Shown piece by piece: positions 27,423-39,700 of a DNA stretch of 58,958 nucleotides. Where the stretch lies: positions 1 through 58,958 of IMG/VR virus record IMGVR_UViG_3300032322_001673. One strand, given 5' to 3'. Numbering within the stretch: the first letter of the stretch is position 1; every line of letters begins with the position of its first letter. Source of the stretch: a virus (lineage: Duplodnaviria; Caudoviricetes). A program made the position numbers and the translations under genes. The notes beneath the pieces were generated by a model that saw only the letters and a list, made by a program, of their open reading frames with translations, had not been told where the DNA came from and ran no database searches.

Positions 27423-28176
27423 CTAATTCCTCAATTTCTGTTAATGTGGGACTGTAAACCCCTATGTGTTGTATTGTAACTGAACTAGCTTTTATTGCAA
27501 ATTTAATGGATTTTATAATATCTTTAGTATTACAATATTGATAAGTCAATGCTGCAAGAAATGTGTCACCTGCACCACATACATCAAATGCTTCTATATT
27601 TAACGCAGGTATCAATTCACCTTTATAAGTTGCTCCCTTGCTTCCCTTTGTAACTATTAAATCTGAAGGGAAAGTTTTGGCTGCATCAAATTCTTTTTGA
27701 TTAATCTTTACATAGCAGCCTTCAAATCTAACTAAGTCTGTCTTTTTAGTATCAATGAATATAGGACCTATGTAATTGGTACGTAGATTTTCTATCACAT
27801 CATATGTTACTGACCCTTTTTCATAATCACTAATCACGATTGCATCATAACTATTGATAGTTTCATAGTCAACTTTTACTGGTCTGCTAGGTGTATCTTG
27901 ATCAATTCTTATTAAATGATGTTTGGTTCTTGAATCTATTACTCTTGTTTTTATAGAAGTTTTTATGCCATGAATGAAATCAACAACACAATCTAATTTC
28001 TCTAAATTATCTTTGACATTTGCAGCCATGCCAGGCTTAGTGACAGTATGTGTATAGTTTATTATGGGTACAGGTGCCTCTGGACTAATCCTGTCCACAG
28101 TTCCATATTGATACTGATCAATTCCATTATCCCCGATCAGCAATATCTTGAATTTTTTGTGTTGTGCTGAATCCAT
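27409..28176 (-). CDS. PfkB-family heptose-7-phosphate kinase (RfaE domain I / HldA-like)
   Basis: RISPEAPVP, KTRV, ISDYEKG, DVCGAGDTF. Confidence 0.88.
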   Translation of the reverse strand: MDSAQHKKFKILLIGDNGIDQYQYGTVDRISPEAPVPIINYTHTVTKPGMAANVKDNLEKLDCVVDFIHGIKTSIKTRVIDSRTKHHLIRIDQDTPSRPVKVDYETINSYDAIVISDYEKGSVTYDVIENLRTNYIGPIFIDTKKTDLVRFEGCYVKINQKEFDAAKTFPSDLIVTKGSKGATYKGELIPALNIEAFDVCGAGDTFLAALTYQYCNTKDIIKSIKFAIKASSVTIQHIGVYSPTLTEIEELDDKA

Positions 28177-28522
28177 CTATTCTATCAAAAAATACTAATT
28201 CTTTACAAACATCTTGACCAATAATTGATTTATCTTTGTAATCACTTCCCTTTACCATTACGTCATGGATTGACACAAGATACTCTAATTCTTCATCTGT
28301 ATCAAATATGTATACGTTATCTACTGCTTTTAAATTAATTAGTAATGTTGATCTTTCTGCTTGATTATTGATAGGTCTAGATTCACCTTTTAATCTTTTA
28401 ACACGGTCATCACTATCAATTGCTACATTGACTTCATCACCTAAACTTTTTGCATAGTTTATTAGAGCAATATGCCCCTCATGTAATAAATCAAAAGTGC
28501 CATTTACAAATATTTTTTTCAT
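28127..28522 (-). CDS. Heptose-1-phosphate adenylyltransferase (RfaE domain II / HldC-like)
   Basis: NGTFDLLHEGH, LKGESRPIN, KGSDY, GFSTT. Confidence 0.88.
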   Translation of the reverse strand: MKKIFVNGTFDLLHEGHIALINYAKSLGDEVNVAIDSDDRVKRLKGESRPINNQAERSTLLINLKAVDNVYIFDTDEELEYLVSIHDVMVKGSDYKDKSIIGQDVCKELVFFDRIDGFSTTQKIQDIADRG

Positions 28523-28531
28523 ACTGTACCT

Positions 28532-29311
28532 TTATTCAAATTGATCCCATAGTTTTTTCCAATCAATGTATGGATCCTTTTCCGTATCTGCTTGTGAGTG
28601 AAGTGCTAAACTAGGAATAGGGGTAAACAACAAGCAACCTCTTTCTCTAAACAATCTATTAATGGTTTCATCTTCCATCACGCTATCTATTGCATGATTA
28701 CCCATAGCCTCAAACAAATCAAAGTTTTGCACAAGTGTAGGGTAATCAACCATAAAGCAACTAGCAGTACCAAATGCAGTTTTCCAATGTCTGTTTAATC
28801 CTAAGTGAACTGTTACTAGTGGTTGTCTATCAGGTGGTATTACATATCTATATGGATCATCAAATGGGTAAACGCAGACAGGTAATTTTGACTTTTCACT
28901 AAATCTAAAATATGCGTCTAACATTTCATACATGCATGTTTCAAAATATAGATAGTCGTCCTGTGCAAAATAAACTAAATCTTTACCATGTTTTTTACCA
29001 TATTCGTAACAAGCCATAATACTTGGCATTATACCATATGTTTCTAAATGCTGTAATTCATAATTGAAATTACATGACTGTAATATAGTGTTTAGTTTAT
29101 TTAAAAACTGTTCATCACTATGATCGTCTAAGACTTGTAATTTAATCTTAACTTCGTTTGGTTTTACTGTCATCAAATGATTTAATGTATTAACCAAACT
29201 CTTAATACAACGATAGCTTATCTCAGCCTTATCATCGGACATATATCTTGTAATCTGTTTTTGATTATTTGATTTACTATGACTTTGTAATACTACCAAT
29301 AGTTCTACCAT
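28532..29311 (-). CDS. GT-A family glycosyltransferase
   Basis: VLDDHS, VYFAQDDYL, PIPSLALH. Confidence 0.65.
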   Translation of the reverse strand: MVELLVVLQSHSKSNNQKQITRYMSDDKAEISYRCIKSLVNTLNHLMTVKPNEVKIKLQVLDDHSDEQFLNKLNTILQSCNFNYELQHLETYGIMPSIMACYEYGKKHGKDLVYFAQDDYLYFETCMYEMLDAYFRFSEKSKLPVCVYPFDDPYRYVIPPDRQPLVTVHLGLNRHWKTAFGTASCFMVDYPTLVQNFDLFEAMGNHAIDSVMEDETINRLFRERGCLLFTPIPSLALHSQADTEKDPYIDWKKLWDQFE

Positions 29312-29312
29312 A

Positions 29313-29990
29313 TCAACCCCAACTGAAAACAGGATTTCTATTTGCTGTACTGACGGCTTCAGTTGGTGGTCTTGTTACACCTTTTTCTAACACAACCATA
29401 CTGTTGTGAAACGTAACTGATTTTAAATCAACAAACGCTTTTGCTAAAGCGGGCGGAGCACTTTCTCTAATATGAGGTGCATGTAACAAATCTATAAGTT
29501 GTTTGGCAAATTCTATGAAAGTTCCTTGCTTGTGTAATCCACCGCCCCACTCAGACCAATAACTTGTGTGCGTATCCTCTACAACATAGATGCCACCTTC
29601 ATTTAACTTAGGGAACAATGTCAACAATGTAAGAATTTGATGTTCGCTATCATGACTACCATCATCTACTACAATATCAAATTTAGGTTTACCAGTTAAA
29701 TATGCATTCCAATGTTCTGTGCTGCTTTGATCAACACAGGCATAATCTACTTTAGTATCAAACTTATAGTCTAAAAAATCTTTATTAATATCTACTGCAT
29801 AAAGGTCTACTTCATTATCAAAATACTTTAACCAAAGTTCTAGACTGCCACCGTGTGCTACACCTATCTCTAACATCTTAGGATTTTTTCCTACGTAGTT
29901 TTTTAATATGTTGTCATAAACTTCAAAATAGTTATTCCATTTTTTGCTTAATAACTTTAACTTGTAGAAAATATCATATGTACTTGTCAT
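29313..29990 (-). CDS. Class I SAM methyltransferase (sugar O-methyltransferase-like)
   Basis: LEIGVAHGGS, DIVVDDGSH, GGIYVVED. Confidence 0.85.
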   Translation of the reverse strand: MTSTYDIFYKLKLLSKKWNNYFEVYDNILKNYVGKNPKMLEIGVAHGGSLELWLKYFDNEVDLYAVDINKDFLDYKFDTKVDYACVDQSSTEHWNAYLTGKPKFDIVVDDGSHDSEHQILTLLTLFPKLNEGGIYVVEDTHTSYWSEWGGGLHKQGTFIEFAKQLIDLLHAPHIRESAPPALAKAFVDLKSVTFHNSMVVLEKGVTRPPTEAVSTANRNPVFSWG

Positions 29991-31285
29991 AGCATAACAC
30001 TCGCACATTTAAGGAAGAACAAATGATTAAACACATTTAATCTACTTTGGAATAAATGATAAAACATTTCATTGCCATCTTTGTCTACGAAAGTAGTGCC
30101 AATACCAAACTGTGGATCGCCGTCACGTAAGTCCCATGGTTTACGTTCCCCTGTATTCCAATATGGTATTTCTTCATACTTGCCTGGCATGTACATTTCA
30201 ATTTCTATACCTTGTTTTTCTGCTTCATAGCATAGTTCTTCACCTATATCGCTACGTGCGTTTGGCTTCCAACTAGGCTTACCTAATTTTTCATACATAT
30301 CCCTAGTCAATGCAATGCAACTTGGGGCAGGGTAAATGTGTTTACCATTGTCTAAATGATTACTGCGTTGAACGTTGCCTATTAGTACACCTTCTTCTGC
30401 ACGTTGAAATGTATACTCTAGTGCATGTTCGCTCAATGGTACGCAATCAATATCTAGCATTAAGATAGTATGATAGTTATCTTCATAGAATAACTTTTCT
30501 AAACCATATTCAATGACTTGATCAGGTGTCATTTCACCATCAGGTTTTTTATAATGCAAATATTCGTATTTGCACAGTTTATTTTTGTTAAATTTACCTA
30601 TCATTTGTTTTTGAAGATAACTGATCTTATCCTCAATCTGATGATTACTATAAGTAAATATGGCTCTTTTCTTCATAATATTCTCACTGTAAAGTTGTTT
30701 GGTACTCTTTCTTTGGAAATGATACACGAAACTGTTGACTAAAGCAAATTTATATCCTAAATTTGGTAAAACTGAATGAAAAAGTGTCACATCATTGGCA
30801 TATAAAGGGAATTTGTCAATATTTGGATATGACACGAAACTTTTTTTGTGCACCACAAAGGGCATGTACCAACCAATTTTATTAAACTCTATTTCAGGTA
30901 CATAAGCTTTATTAACATCTACGTAATTTTGAAATTTATCATAATCAAAATTTTCTAAATTATCACCGCAATCGTATTCAATACATTCTGGACCATTCAT
31001 TTTTCCTGGATATGGTTCAACTACATGCATAGTTAAAAATGTATCTTCAGCAAGATACATAGGAAATACTTCGTCCCAATTCTTGCTAACAAGCATATCA
31101 TCACTAAGCAAAACAACTATATCATATTTTGCCTGATAGACACCTTTATTAAAGGCATAGTAAACATCAGTCTCATCAATTATCTGAATAATTTCAGGAT
31201 CATATTTACTATTCTTTTTAATATATTCAATACAAGTATCTATATATTTGCTGTTGCTTAAGTGTGGTATTACGATTGAATACAT
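29987..31285 (-). CDS. Two-domain GT-A glycosyltransferase
   Basis: N-domain YSIVIP...AFNKG...LSDDM; C-domain MLDIDCVPL...RSDIGE. Confidence 0.7.
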   Translation of the reverse strand: MYSIVIPHLSNSKYIDTCIEYIKKNSKYDPEIIQIIDETDVYYAFNKGVYQAKYDIVVLLSDDMLVSKNWDEVFPMYLAEDTFLTMHVVEPYPGKMNGPECIEYDCGDNLENFDYDKFQNYVDVNKAYVPEIEFNKIGWYMPFVVHKKSFVSYPNIDKFPLYANDVTLFHSVLPNLGYKFALVNSFVYHFQRKSTKQLYSENIMKKRAIFTYSNHQIEDKISYLQKQMIGKFNKNKLCKYEYLHYKKPDGEMTPDQVIEYGLEKLFYEDNYHTILMLDIDCVPLSEHALEYTFQRAEEGVLIGNVQRSNHLDNGKHIYPAPSCIALTRDMYEKLGKPSWKPNARSDIGEELCYEAEKQGIEIEMYMPGKYEEIPYWNTGERKPWDLRDGDPQFGIGTTFVDKDGNEMFYHLFQSRLNVFNHLFFLKCASVML

Positions 31286-31968
31286 TAACGCTCCTTACCA
31301 TCTATGGTTTTTTTACGTCCTACAATTGTAGTATTTGCAATATCACTTTCATCATACGCATATAAACCTAATTGTATTGCAGGAATTATATCACTACGCA
31401 ACATAATATCCAATGATTCGCAAATACCGTATTTGATTACATATGATAGTGCATTTTTTGCTGCCCAAGGATCTATACTATAGGCATGCGCTCTGCAAAT
31501 AAAGTGATAGTTATTACCATTAGTGGCATGCGGTGGTGTTATTAGAACAGGCCAACCTTTTTTAGCCTGTTCATAACTTCCTAAATAATGTATTATTCCA
31601 GTTACTGGATGATCTCTAAGTTCTTTAAGCATAATTGCATCATGCTCAAGTATTATTATTGGTCTGTCAAGTTCAATGCAATGCGCCCATAAACTAATAT
31701 GGCTTAACGCAACACTTACTTCAGTAAGACTTAGTTCTTTATCGACCCATTTGATCCAACTAGTCCAAGTCGCATCTTTACTGTGATCTGGTTCAATAAT
31801 TGTGCCTGATGTTCCATCAAATGCATCCCATACTTTATATGGCATATTTAATGCAGCGAGGCTTTGTTGACACCTCGCTGACATTCTTTCACTTATTGGA
31901 TGATTTTTTAAAGTGATAATATAAGCAGATTCAATTGACAGATTGTAACTGTAATCTAACTTTAACAT
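31285..31968 (-). CDS. Glycosyltransferase family 25-like
   Basis: AYIITL, DAFDG, SHISLW..C, IILEHDA. Confidence 0.8.
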   Translation of the reverse strand: MLKLDYSYNLSIESAYIITLKNHPISERMSARCQQSLAALNMPYKVWDAFDGTSGTIIEPDHSKDATWTSWIKWVDKELSLTEVSVALSHISLWAHCIELDRPIIILEHDAIMLKELRDHPVTGIIHYLGSYEQAKKGWPVLITPPHATNGNNYHFICRAHAYSIDPWAAKNALSYVIKYGICESLDIMLRSDIIPAIQLGLYAYDESDIANTTIVGRKKTIDGKER

Positions 31969-33683
31969 TATCTATTTGCAATAAAATTTTCTATCTCTGA
32001 TTGTGACACACGACCGGGTTTGTTTACTTGAACTAACAAGCGCATTGACAATGCAACATTGTTAAATGTGTTTAGTGCATAGTTCAAATCTTCTTCGGTG
32101 ATTTCACCACGTTTACGTCTTTCTTCCCAATGCGGCAAGTACTCAAACTGTACGTCACATATTTCTAAATCGATGCCATGTTCAAATGCTATCAATGAAT
32201 CACTTTGATTGTCTTTTGTTCTTTCATATATTTTCTTTTGATTGAACAACATGAATGTACCCAATGTTATTAAACGCTTGTGCGTTGGGTCATCTATTGC
32301 AACATCACAACGCCAATGTGGAACTTGAACTTCCCAAACAGCACCATTGTCACTAATACGATACATTTCTTTAATAACAGATACAAAATCATTTGAATCA
32401 CCACCTAGATGTTCGAGTACATCTTTCGCAACGATATGACCAAACTCATTATCTTTCCATGGCCAAGGAGTAACATTTAAATCAACTATTTGATCTGGTT
32501 TTACTAAATCACTTACATCAACGTTTAGATATCCGTCAAATTTATTAAGTCCACATCCTAAGTTAAGGCGTTTTAATACCTTATCTTCATTCGGCATTTC
32601 AACATGTTCTAGATTAAACTTTTCTTCTAATGCAGTGTATAGTTTTTGGAATGTAGTATTCCATTTACCTGCTTCTTCTTGCCTAAACAACTTAACACAT
32701 TCGTAATAAGGACTGGTTGTGTTTTCAGGACTTCCATAAGCCCAAGTATGATAAGGGAGAATAGGAGGTGTAACCCACGTTTCTTTACCCATTGCAGCAG
32801 CAATGTGTGCGATACTTGTGCAACTAGTAATTACAATATCTAAGTTAGCAATACATGCCATTGTATCTTCCCAACTTAGCAAGAAGTGTTGTAAGTCAGT
32901 AACACCTTCTGGTAATTGAATAATATTATGATCACGTTGTAAACTATAAATCTGCAATTCTTTATATTTTGCAAGATTAGTCATGAAAGCTTCAGGAAAC
33001 TTTCTGAACTGTTGATGTTCAAATTTAGGATTACCTGCCCAACGAATACCAACTTTAACTTTATCACTATTAATTAAATTTTTCCATATATCGACACTTG
33101 CTTGAAGTGGACTCATATATGGTTTGCCGGGGAAGTTTTCAAAAGTGTGGCCTGCTACCCAACCTGCACTAAAGCCGGGTACCCAGTAATCATGTTGAAC
33201 AGTATCTGCCGCATTGCGTAATATAACATCATCAACACCTGGTATGCGTTTAAATACACTAACCATTTCAGGTGCTGCTGCTAGATATACTTTACTCGCA
33301 CCTTGTTGTTTAAAACTTTGTGCAAAACGTGCATGAATAATTTCATCACCATAACCACCTTCTAGTGATATGATAATACTTTTACCTTTAATATCGTGCT
33401 GTTCTGGGTTGAAAATAGGTGCGTCAGTCTTTAATGGTCCACTTCCATATACACTTATGAATCTTCCATTTTCTAATAACTGACAACCTTTTTGATAATC
33501 GCCTTGTTGTAGTAAGAACCAACCGCGATTGAAACTGTGTCGTATCCATGTTTCTGGATTTACTTTACCTGATGGGTCACGACATTCATCAGGTCCTGCT
33601 TTTTCCATTTCTTCAGAAATAGCCCAAGCTTCTTTTTGTTTTCCTTCTAATTGATAAGCCAATAATTGATCAATTGGATGCAT
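31968..33683 (-). CDS. GT-B (GT9/heptosyltransferase-like) protein fused to a methyltransferase domain
   Basis: Helical N-terminus; EGGYGDEI..ARF; VGIRWAGNP; LDIVITSCTSIAHIAAAMGK; C-terminal LNLGCG...DVLEHL...DPTH. Confidence 0.75.
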   Translation of the reverse strand: MHPIDQLLAYQLEGKQKEAWAISEEMEKAGPDECRDPSGKVNPETWIRHSFNRGWFLLQQGDYQKGCQLLENGRFISVYGSGPLKTDAPIFNPEQHDIKGKSIIISLEGGYGDEIIHARFAQSFKQQGASKVYLAAAPEMVSVFKRIPGVDDVILRNAADTVQHDYWVPGFSAGWVAGHTFENFPGKPYMSPLQASVDIWKNLINSDKVKVGIRWAGNPKFEHQQFRKFPEAFMTNLAKYKELQIYSLQRDHNIIQLPEGVTDLQHFLLSWEDTMACIANLDIVITSCTSIAHIAAAMGKETWVTPPILPYHTWAYGSPENTTSPYYECVKLFRQEEAGKWNTTFQKLYTALEEKFNLEHVEMPNEDKVLKRLNLGCGLNKFDGYLNVDVSDLVKPDQIVDLNVTPWPWKDNEFGHIVAKDVLEHLGGDSNDFVSVIKEMYRISDNGAVWEVQVPHWRCDVAIDDPTHKRLITLGTFMLFNQKKIYERTKDNQSDSLIAFEHGIDLEICDVQFEYLPHWEERRKRGEITEEDLNYALNTFNNVALSMRLLVQVNKPGRVSQSEIENFIANR

Positions 33684-33711
33684 TTTAAATTCCCTTTAAT
33701 AAAACGTCTTT

Positions 33712-33719
33712 TATTTATA
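33712..33719 (-). promoter_or_regulatory. T4-type late promoter TATAAATA
   Basis: Exact TATAAATA about 30 nt upstream of the glycosylation cluster. Confidence 0.6.
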
Positions 33720-33744
33720 AACTAAAAACGTAGTCTAAAAGAAT

Positions 33745-36700
33745 TTAAGTTGCTTTACCTATTGCACCTGTATTTGATGTACCTGTGCTTGATGATAGAT
33801 ATGTATTGACACCAATTTGACTTGGTTCTGATCTATTGATTGTGTCATTTTGTCCAAGTTGTCCTGCATTATTAATTCCCCAAGCAAATAATCTGTCATT
33901 TGATGTAATAGCAGTTGTAAAAGAATTGCCTGCGTTTACTGATTTCCAAAGAATATTACCTACTTTAACTGGAATACGTGTAGTAGTACCTGCAGCAGCG
34001 TATTGGTTACCTAATTGTACAGGGCTTGAAAGTTGCACTCCCCAGAACCAGAAGGTTCCTAATTGACCTTGATTTGAGCTGCCCCAATTGAATAGTGTAT
34101 TGTTGCTTCTAATACCAGCCGAGTTGTTATTACCAGCAACCACTGAGGTCCAGCTGCTTGTGCCCACTTGCACAGGACTGCTTCTACTAACTGCAGTACC
34201 GTAACCTAATTGACCACTTGTTCCTAATCCCCACATAAACAATGCACCAGCAGTAGTTACTCCACCTGTAAACGATGATCCTGCTGAAATTGAACTAAAA
34301 TATGTAGGAGAACCTCCGCTTATTGACGCTCCCTGAGTCGTATAGGTAAGCAACGAAGTTTGCCCTGCTGTTATCGCACTTATATTAGTACCTGCACTTT
34401 GAGTAGCAGTTAGAACACTTGTAGGGACAGTAAAGTTACCTGTGTATACAGCTACACCTTTTACTATTCTGACGTTACTTATATTACCATTATAAGGTGT
34501 TCCAGTTTGTCCAGTAGCATCACCTCCCACGTATATGGCTTGTGCTCCAACATCACCTACTGCTGCAGCACTTGTATTTGTAGATTCAGCTATTCCATTT
34601 ACAAACATAGTCCAATTACTTCCTGATCTAACTACTGCTACATGATACCATGTATTATTTACAATTGTGGTTGTGCTTATTAGGAAATTAACATCAACTT
34701 GTATGCTCCTAACACCAAACGTTAATTTGGTAGGATAATTATTGTGTCTATCATTTAATTGCCATTTGCCAGCACCAAAATTACCGTTAGTTATTAATAT
34801 TGGGAAACTACTAGCTGCTCTGCTGTTAGTATAGAACCAAAGCTCAATTGTAAAATCTGAGGTACCTAATAAAAATACTGTACTTGATGCAGTTGCAAGT
34901 CTGTTTAGACTGTTTCCGGCAAATACACCTGATACAGCGCCAATAATAGGAACTATGCTAGTAGTGAAACTAGTAGCGTTGGCGGTGATCGTTATTCCAT
35001 TACCACTTGTGTCTAATACAGTAAGTGCTGCACCAACTAAAACAGGGCTACTTCTGTTTATTGTATCACCTGATGCATTAATATTTGTTAATCCTAATTG
35101 ACCATTTGCATTTAATCCCCATGTATATAGTTGACCAATTGGACCTAATCCTATCATATGTGTATCATAAACACTGACTTGTGTCCAACTACTGTTGCCT
35201 ATTTGAACTGGGCTTGATTTAGCAATAGTAGTACCGTCCCCTATTGCCCCACCTGTTCCAAAACTTCCCCATGTAAATAATAATCCATCACTACGTATTG
35301 CTGCACTTACACTATTCCCAGCACTTACTTTACTCCAACTACCTGCAGCAATTTGCACTGGACTACTTGGATTTACACTAATATAGTTGTTACCTATTTG
35401 GCTATAGTTAGATTTAGTGACCGTTTCCATAAATCCACTAATCTCGCCACCAGTATTAGAACCTGTTGCAAACATGGGTCCGTTTGTTCTTATAGCAAAT
35501 GTAGCTGCTGTTCCAGCATATACAGTTTGATAACCAACACTAGGACTTGCTGCTAACAATAACAATTGTGTATTTGCAACTGCAGTCAATGGAGATGCTG
35601 GCGGCGTAAAGTTAGCTGTATAAATTGCAGTGCCCTTTACAATGCGTATATTAGATACAAAGCCGTTTAAGAAGTTAGTGCTAGTATACCCACCTATAAT
35701 TAATGGAACAGTATTCAAACTTTGTGGTGTACCAACTATAGCGGTTGTAGATTGTAGTAACCCATTGGTGAATAATAGTATATTAGAACCATTTACAACT
35801 AATGCCAAATGTGTCCATTGGAACAATCCTACTTGTGTAGTACCAGTAATAGTATTACCAGCACCATTAAAATAGTAGAATGCAATTTGACCTATTGTGT
35901 TTAATCCTAACCCCCAATAAATTGTTCCTGCTGTTGGTGTCATGTTACCAATTATTGTATTTGCGCCAGTAAAGCTGGTTGGATAAACCCAAAATTCAAC
36001 GGTATAATTTGAACTCCACCAGTCAAAGTTAGCAGGAACATATGAAAGTTGCAGATAGTTTAAGTTTCCAGGTAAGAAAACAGAACTGCTACTAGTATAC
36101 AAGTTAAATGCATTTTGGACACGTACAGTACCAAAATTAGTTACTGTATAATTATTTGTGCTTGCATCCGTAATAGTTAATCCTTCTATACCTACCACTG
36201 TTGGACTTGATCTTGCAAGTGCATCATTTGTACCTAATTGACCTTCTGTGTTTCTCCCCCAAACATACAGTGTAGTTTCACTACGTGCTGCAGTATGAGA
36301 GAAACCAGCACTTACACTATTCCATGATCCTGCTAATATTGTTGGTGATTTAGTTTCATAATTAATACCTTGAACAAGTGTAGGACTACTACGGTTAAAG
36401 CTAGCTGCTAACGAATTTGCAAATTGACCTACGGTGCCTCCTCCCCAAATATACAACATACCAACTTGATTTATTGCACCACCTGTTATGTTTCCTGTAG
36501 TAATAACGCTATAACTTGTCCCTACAAACACAGGGCTACTTCTGGTTATAACGGTCATGTTTCCAACTTGGCCACTTGTTCCTAATCCCCATGCAAATAA
36601 TCTATTCGCAACATCTATTGCAACTGTTGTACTATGTCCTGCTCTTACAGATGTATAAGAACTTGTGCCTATCTGAACTATACTTGAGCGGATTACAGCA

Positions 36701-39700
36701 TCACTTGTACCCAACTGACCTGAACTATTAAGTCCCCAAGCCCATAATGTTCCATTTGAATTTATTGCCAATGAATAGCTTGTACCTGCGCTTGCAGCTG
36801 TCCAACTTGCACTTGCTGCTAATACTGGACTGATTGTATTTGTATTAAAGATGTTACCAATTAACACAGGACTTTGTCTATTGACAGTTGTATTATCTCC
36901 AATCTGACCACTTGAGTTTAATCCTAAAGTGTACAAGGTATTATTAGGATATGTTACAGCTACATGTGATTGACCAGTGGAAACTAAATTATAGTTGACA
37001 GCACCAGTAACATTTGTAGTTGAAGCTAAGAGTAACAATCCAATATTTGATGAAGTGAACGCATTTATATTTCCACCTCCACCGCCTGATGTAGTTAATG
37101 GAACAGTAGAGATTGTGAATGATCCTGTGTATAGAGCAGTGTTAGAAATTCTAAGATTACTTATGTATCCATTAATACCATTACCAACTGTTATGGTTCC
37201 TCCGTTGTACCCTCTACTACCAGTTCCTCCAAGCCCACCATACGCACCATTTGTTCCAGCGAACCAGCTATTATTACTTTGAACTGTAATTTGAAAGTAT
37301 GTCCAAGTGTTTAATGGGAAACTTGCAGTAGTAGCTACAGTAAAACCATTATAACTTCCGCCTGATGACGGAGATATATTAAACACTAAGTTCGAACCTG
37401 ACCATCCAATAAAATATGCAGATAAGCCGCCATCAGTATTAATATTATTAATTATTGTACCTCCGTATGAAAGAGGATAATACCAAAATTCAATTGTACC
37501 ACTTGGTGTATTTAAATTATTGTTAACGTTTGTTGATACGCTAAGTGAATTTGATCCAGTAAATAAACCAGACACTGCTCCGGCAAATGGAACAATATTT
37601 GTAACATATGACACTCCGCCGTTATTTGTAATTGTATTATTATACTGACTACCGTCCAATAATACAGAGGTTGCACCGAGTAATGTTGGACTTGATCTAG
37701 CGATAGTATCACTAAAACCTAATACTGCATTGGAGTTAAGTCCCCAAGCATAGGTCTGTCCTAAACTATTTCTTGCATATGAATAACTTGTGCCAGCACT
37801 GACACTTGTCCAACTATTAGGTAAACCAAATCCAACTTGAATTGGACTTAACGTTCCACTGTTTATATGTGTGCCATTACCAACCAACACAAATGAATTT
37901 CTATTGCCACCACCTGCTTGTCCTAACTGCCCTGAACCATCGCCACCTTGCGTATACATCTTGTTATTCGCAACCCAACTAATACTAGCAGCCTCAGTTG
38001 TGAATAATAACAATGAAGTTTGAGTGCCTGTGATTGCACTTATGTTAGTGCCTGAACTTTGTGTTGCTGCTAGTGGACTTGTAGGTACCGTGAATGTTCC
38101 TGTGTATACAGCAACTCCCTTAACTATTCTTAAATTACTTAAATATCCGTCAAATGAATAACCAATTGTATCTATAAGTCTACCAACATACTGTAATGTA
38201 GTTTGTGCGTTCAATGCAGTAGATTGACTTGTAAATGCAGTGTCTAATACTCCATTCACCCATAATGAAATTGTTGTTCCGCTACGTGTCGCTGCTATGT
38301 GTGTCCAAACACTGTTAAGCACCGATCTACTTCCTGTTAATGCTCCGCCGGTAAAGAAATCTACTCTAGCAGTACCACTTGTTGTTCTTAAACCAAATGC
38401 CCATGCCGTTGCAACTGCGCCTGCTCTAGCATCAAAAATACCTGAATAAACAGCATTTATAGATAATGGATAAACCCATGCTTCAACAGTAAAATCTCCT
38501 GTACCAAAAGATAACGGCGTTTGAGCGTTAATCGTAAGTGCTGGGTTATTTACTGTCTGTAGCATTGATACCGCGGTTGCGAAAGGTGTTACAGAAGTAT
38601 TGTATCTTATTCCAGTTCCAACTTTTGTAACAGTAGTTGCAAATGTACTTACGTCTAATGGTATCCAATCTGTTACACGTACTTGTGCCCAGTGACTGTA
38701 ACCAACACTTAATACTTGATTAAAGCTTTGATAATTTGTCATTAATACAGGACTCGATCTTGTTATCGCATCACCTAAACCTAATTGTGATGATGTGTTA
38801 AGTCCCCAAACAAAAATATCACCATTGCTTCTTCTTGCTGCACTAAAACTTTGTCCTGCCCAAACTTGTGCATATCCACTAGTGCCTGGTGTTACTTGTA
38901 CTGGGCTTGTAGTATATGTGTTAAGTGTTTGTCCACTAGCTCCTACTTGTACAAAATTTGAACGATTTATATTACTTGCAATACCTATTTGACCTACATT
39001 ATTAGTACCAGTGCCATATAGTGCATTAGTGTTATCTACACCATGTATAGTATTTTTTGCTGAAGTTTGTGTGTAACTAAATCCTGTAATATTTGAAGGT
39101 GTATTAAGTGTTAACAATGCGGTTTGCGCTGCTGTTACAGCATTTGTAAATGTACCTGAACTTTGTGTCGCAGCAAGAGGACTTGTTGGTACTGGGAAAC
39201 TTGCAATATAAGGCAACTGATTTCTAACTAATCTTACGTTAGATACATGACCTATAAAAGGATTAGTGCCTGTTTCTTCTGCTCCAATGGTTACTTGTCT
39301 TGCTGGACTGTATCCCGAACCCCAAGTGTAACTAGTTAAAATTTCAACTAATCCATTTATATATAAAGTTAACACTGTTGTTGATACTTTATGTAAAGCT
39401 ACATGATACCATTGATTAGGTAAAATGACAGTAGTACCAGTTACGGGATTAGGAGAAGCGTTTGTACCAGTTCTAACAAGTAACACATTGCTTGCATTTA
39501 ATGATAATGAGAATGGTCCGCCAACACCTGAATTCCAAGCTGCAATTATAGTTTTAGTAGTAGCACTAGCGATTGAAGTTGGATAGAACCAGCATTCTAT
39601 TGAATAAACACTAAAATCTCCTACATTTAATTGCGACAACGAAAGTGGTGTGTTGATGTAACTACCAGCACCAGTAAACTGAACGCTAAAGGTGGTAGGC

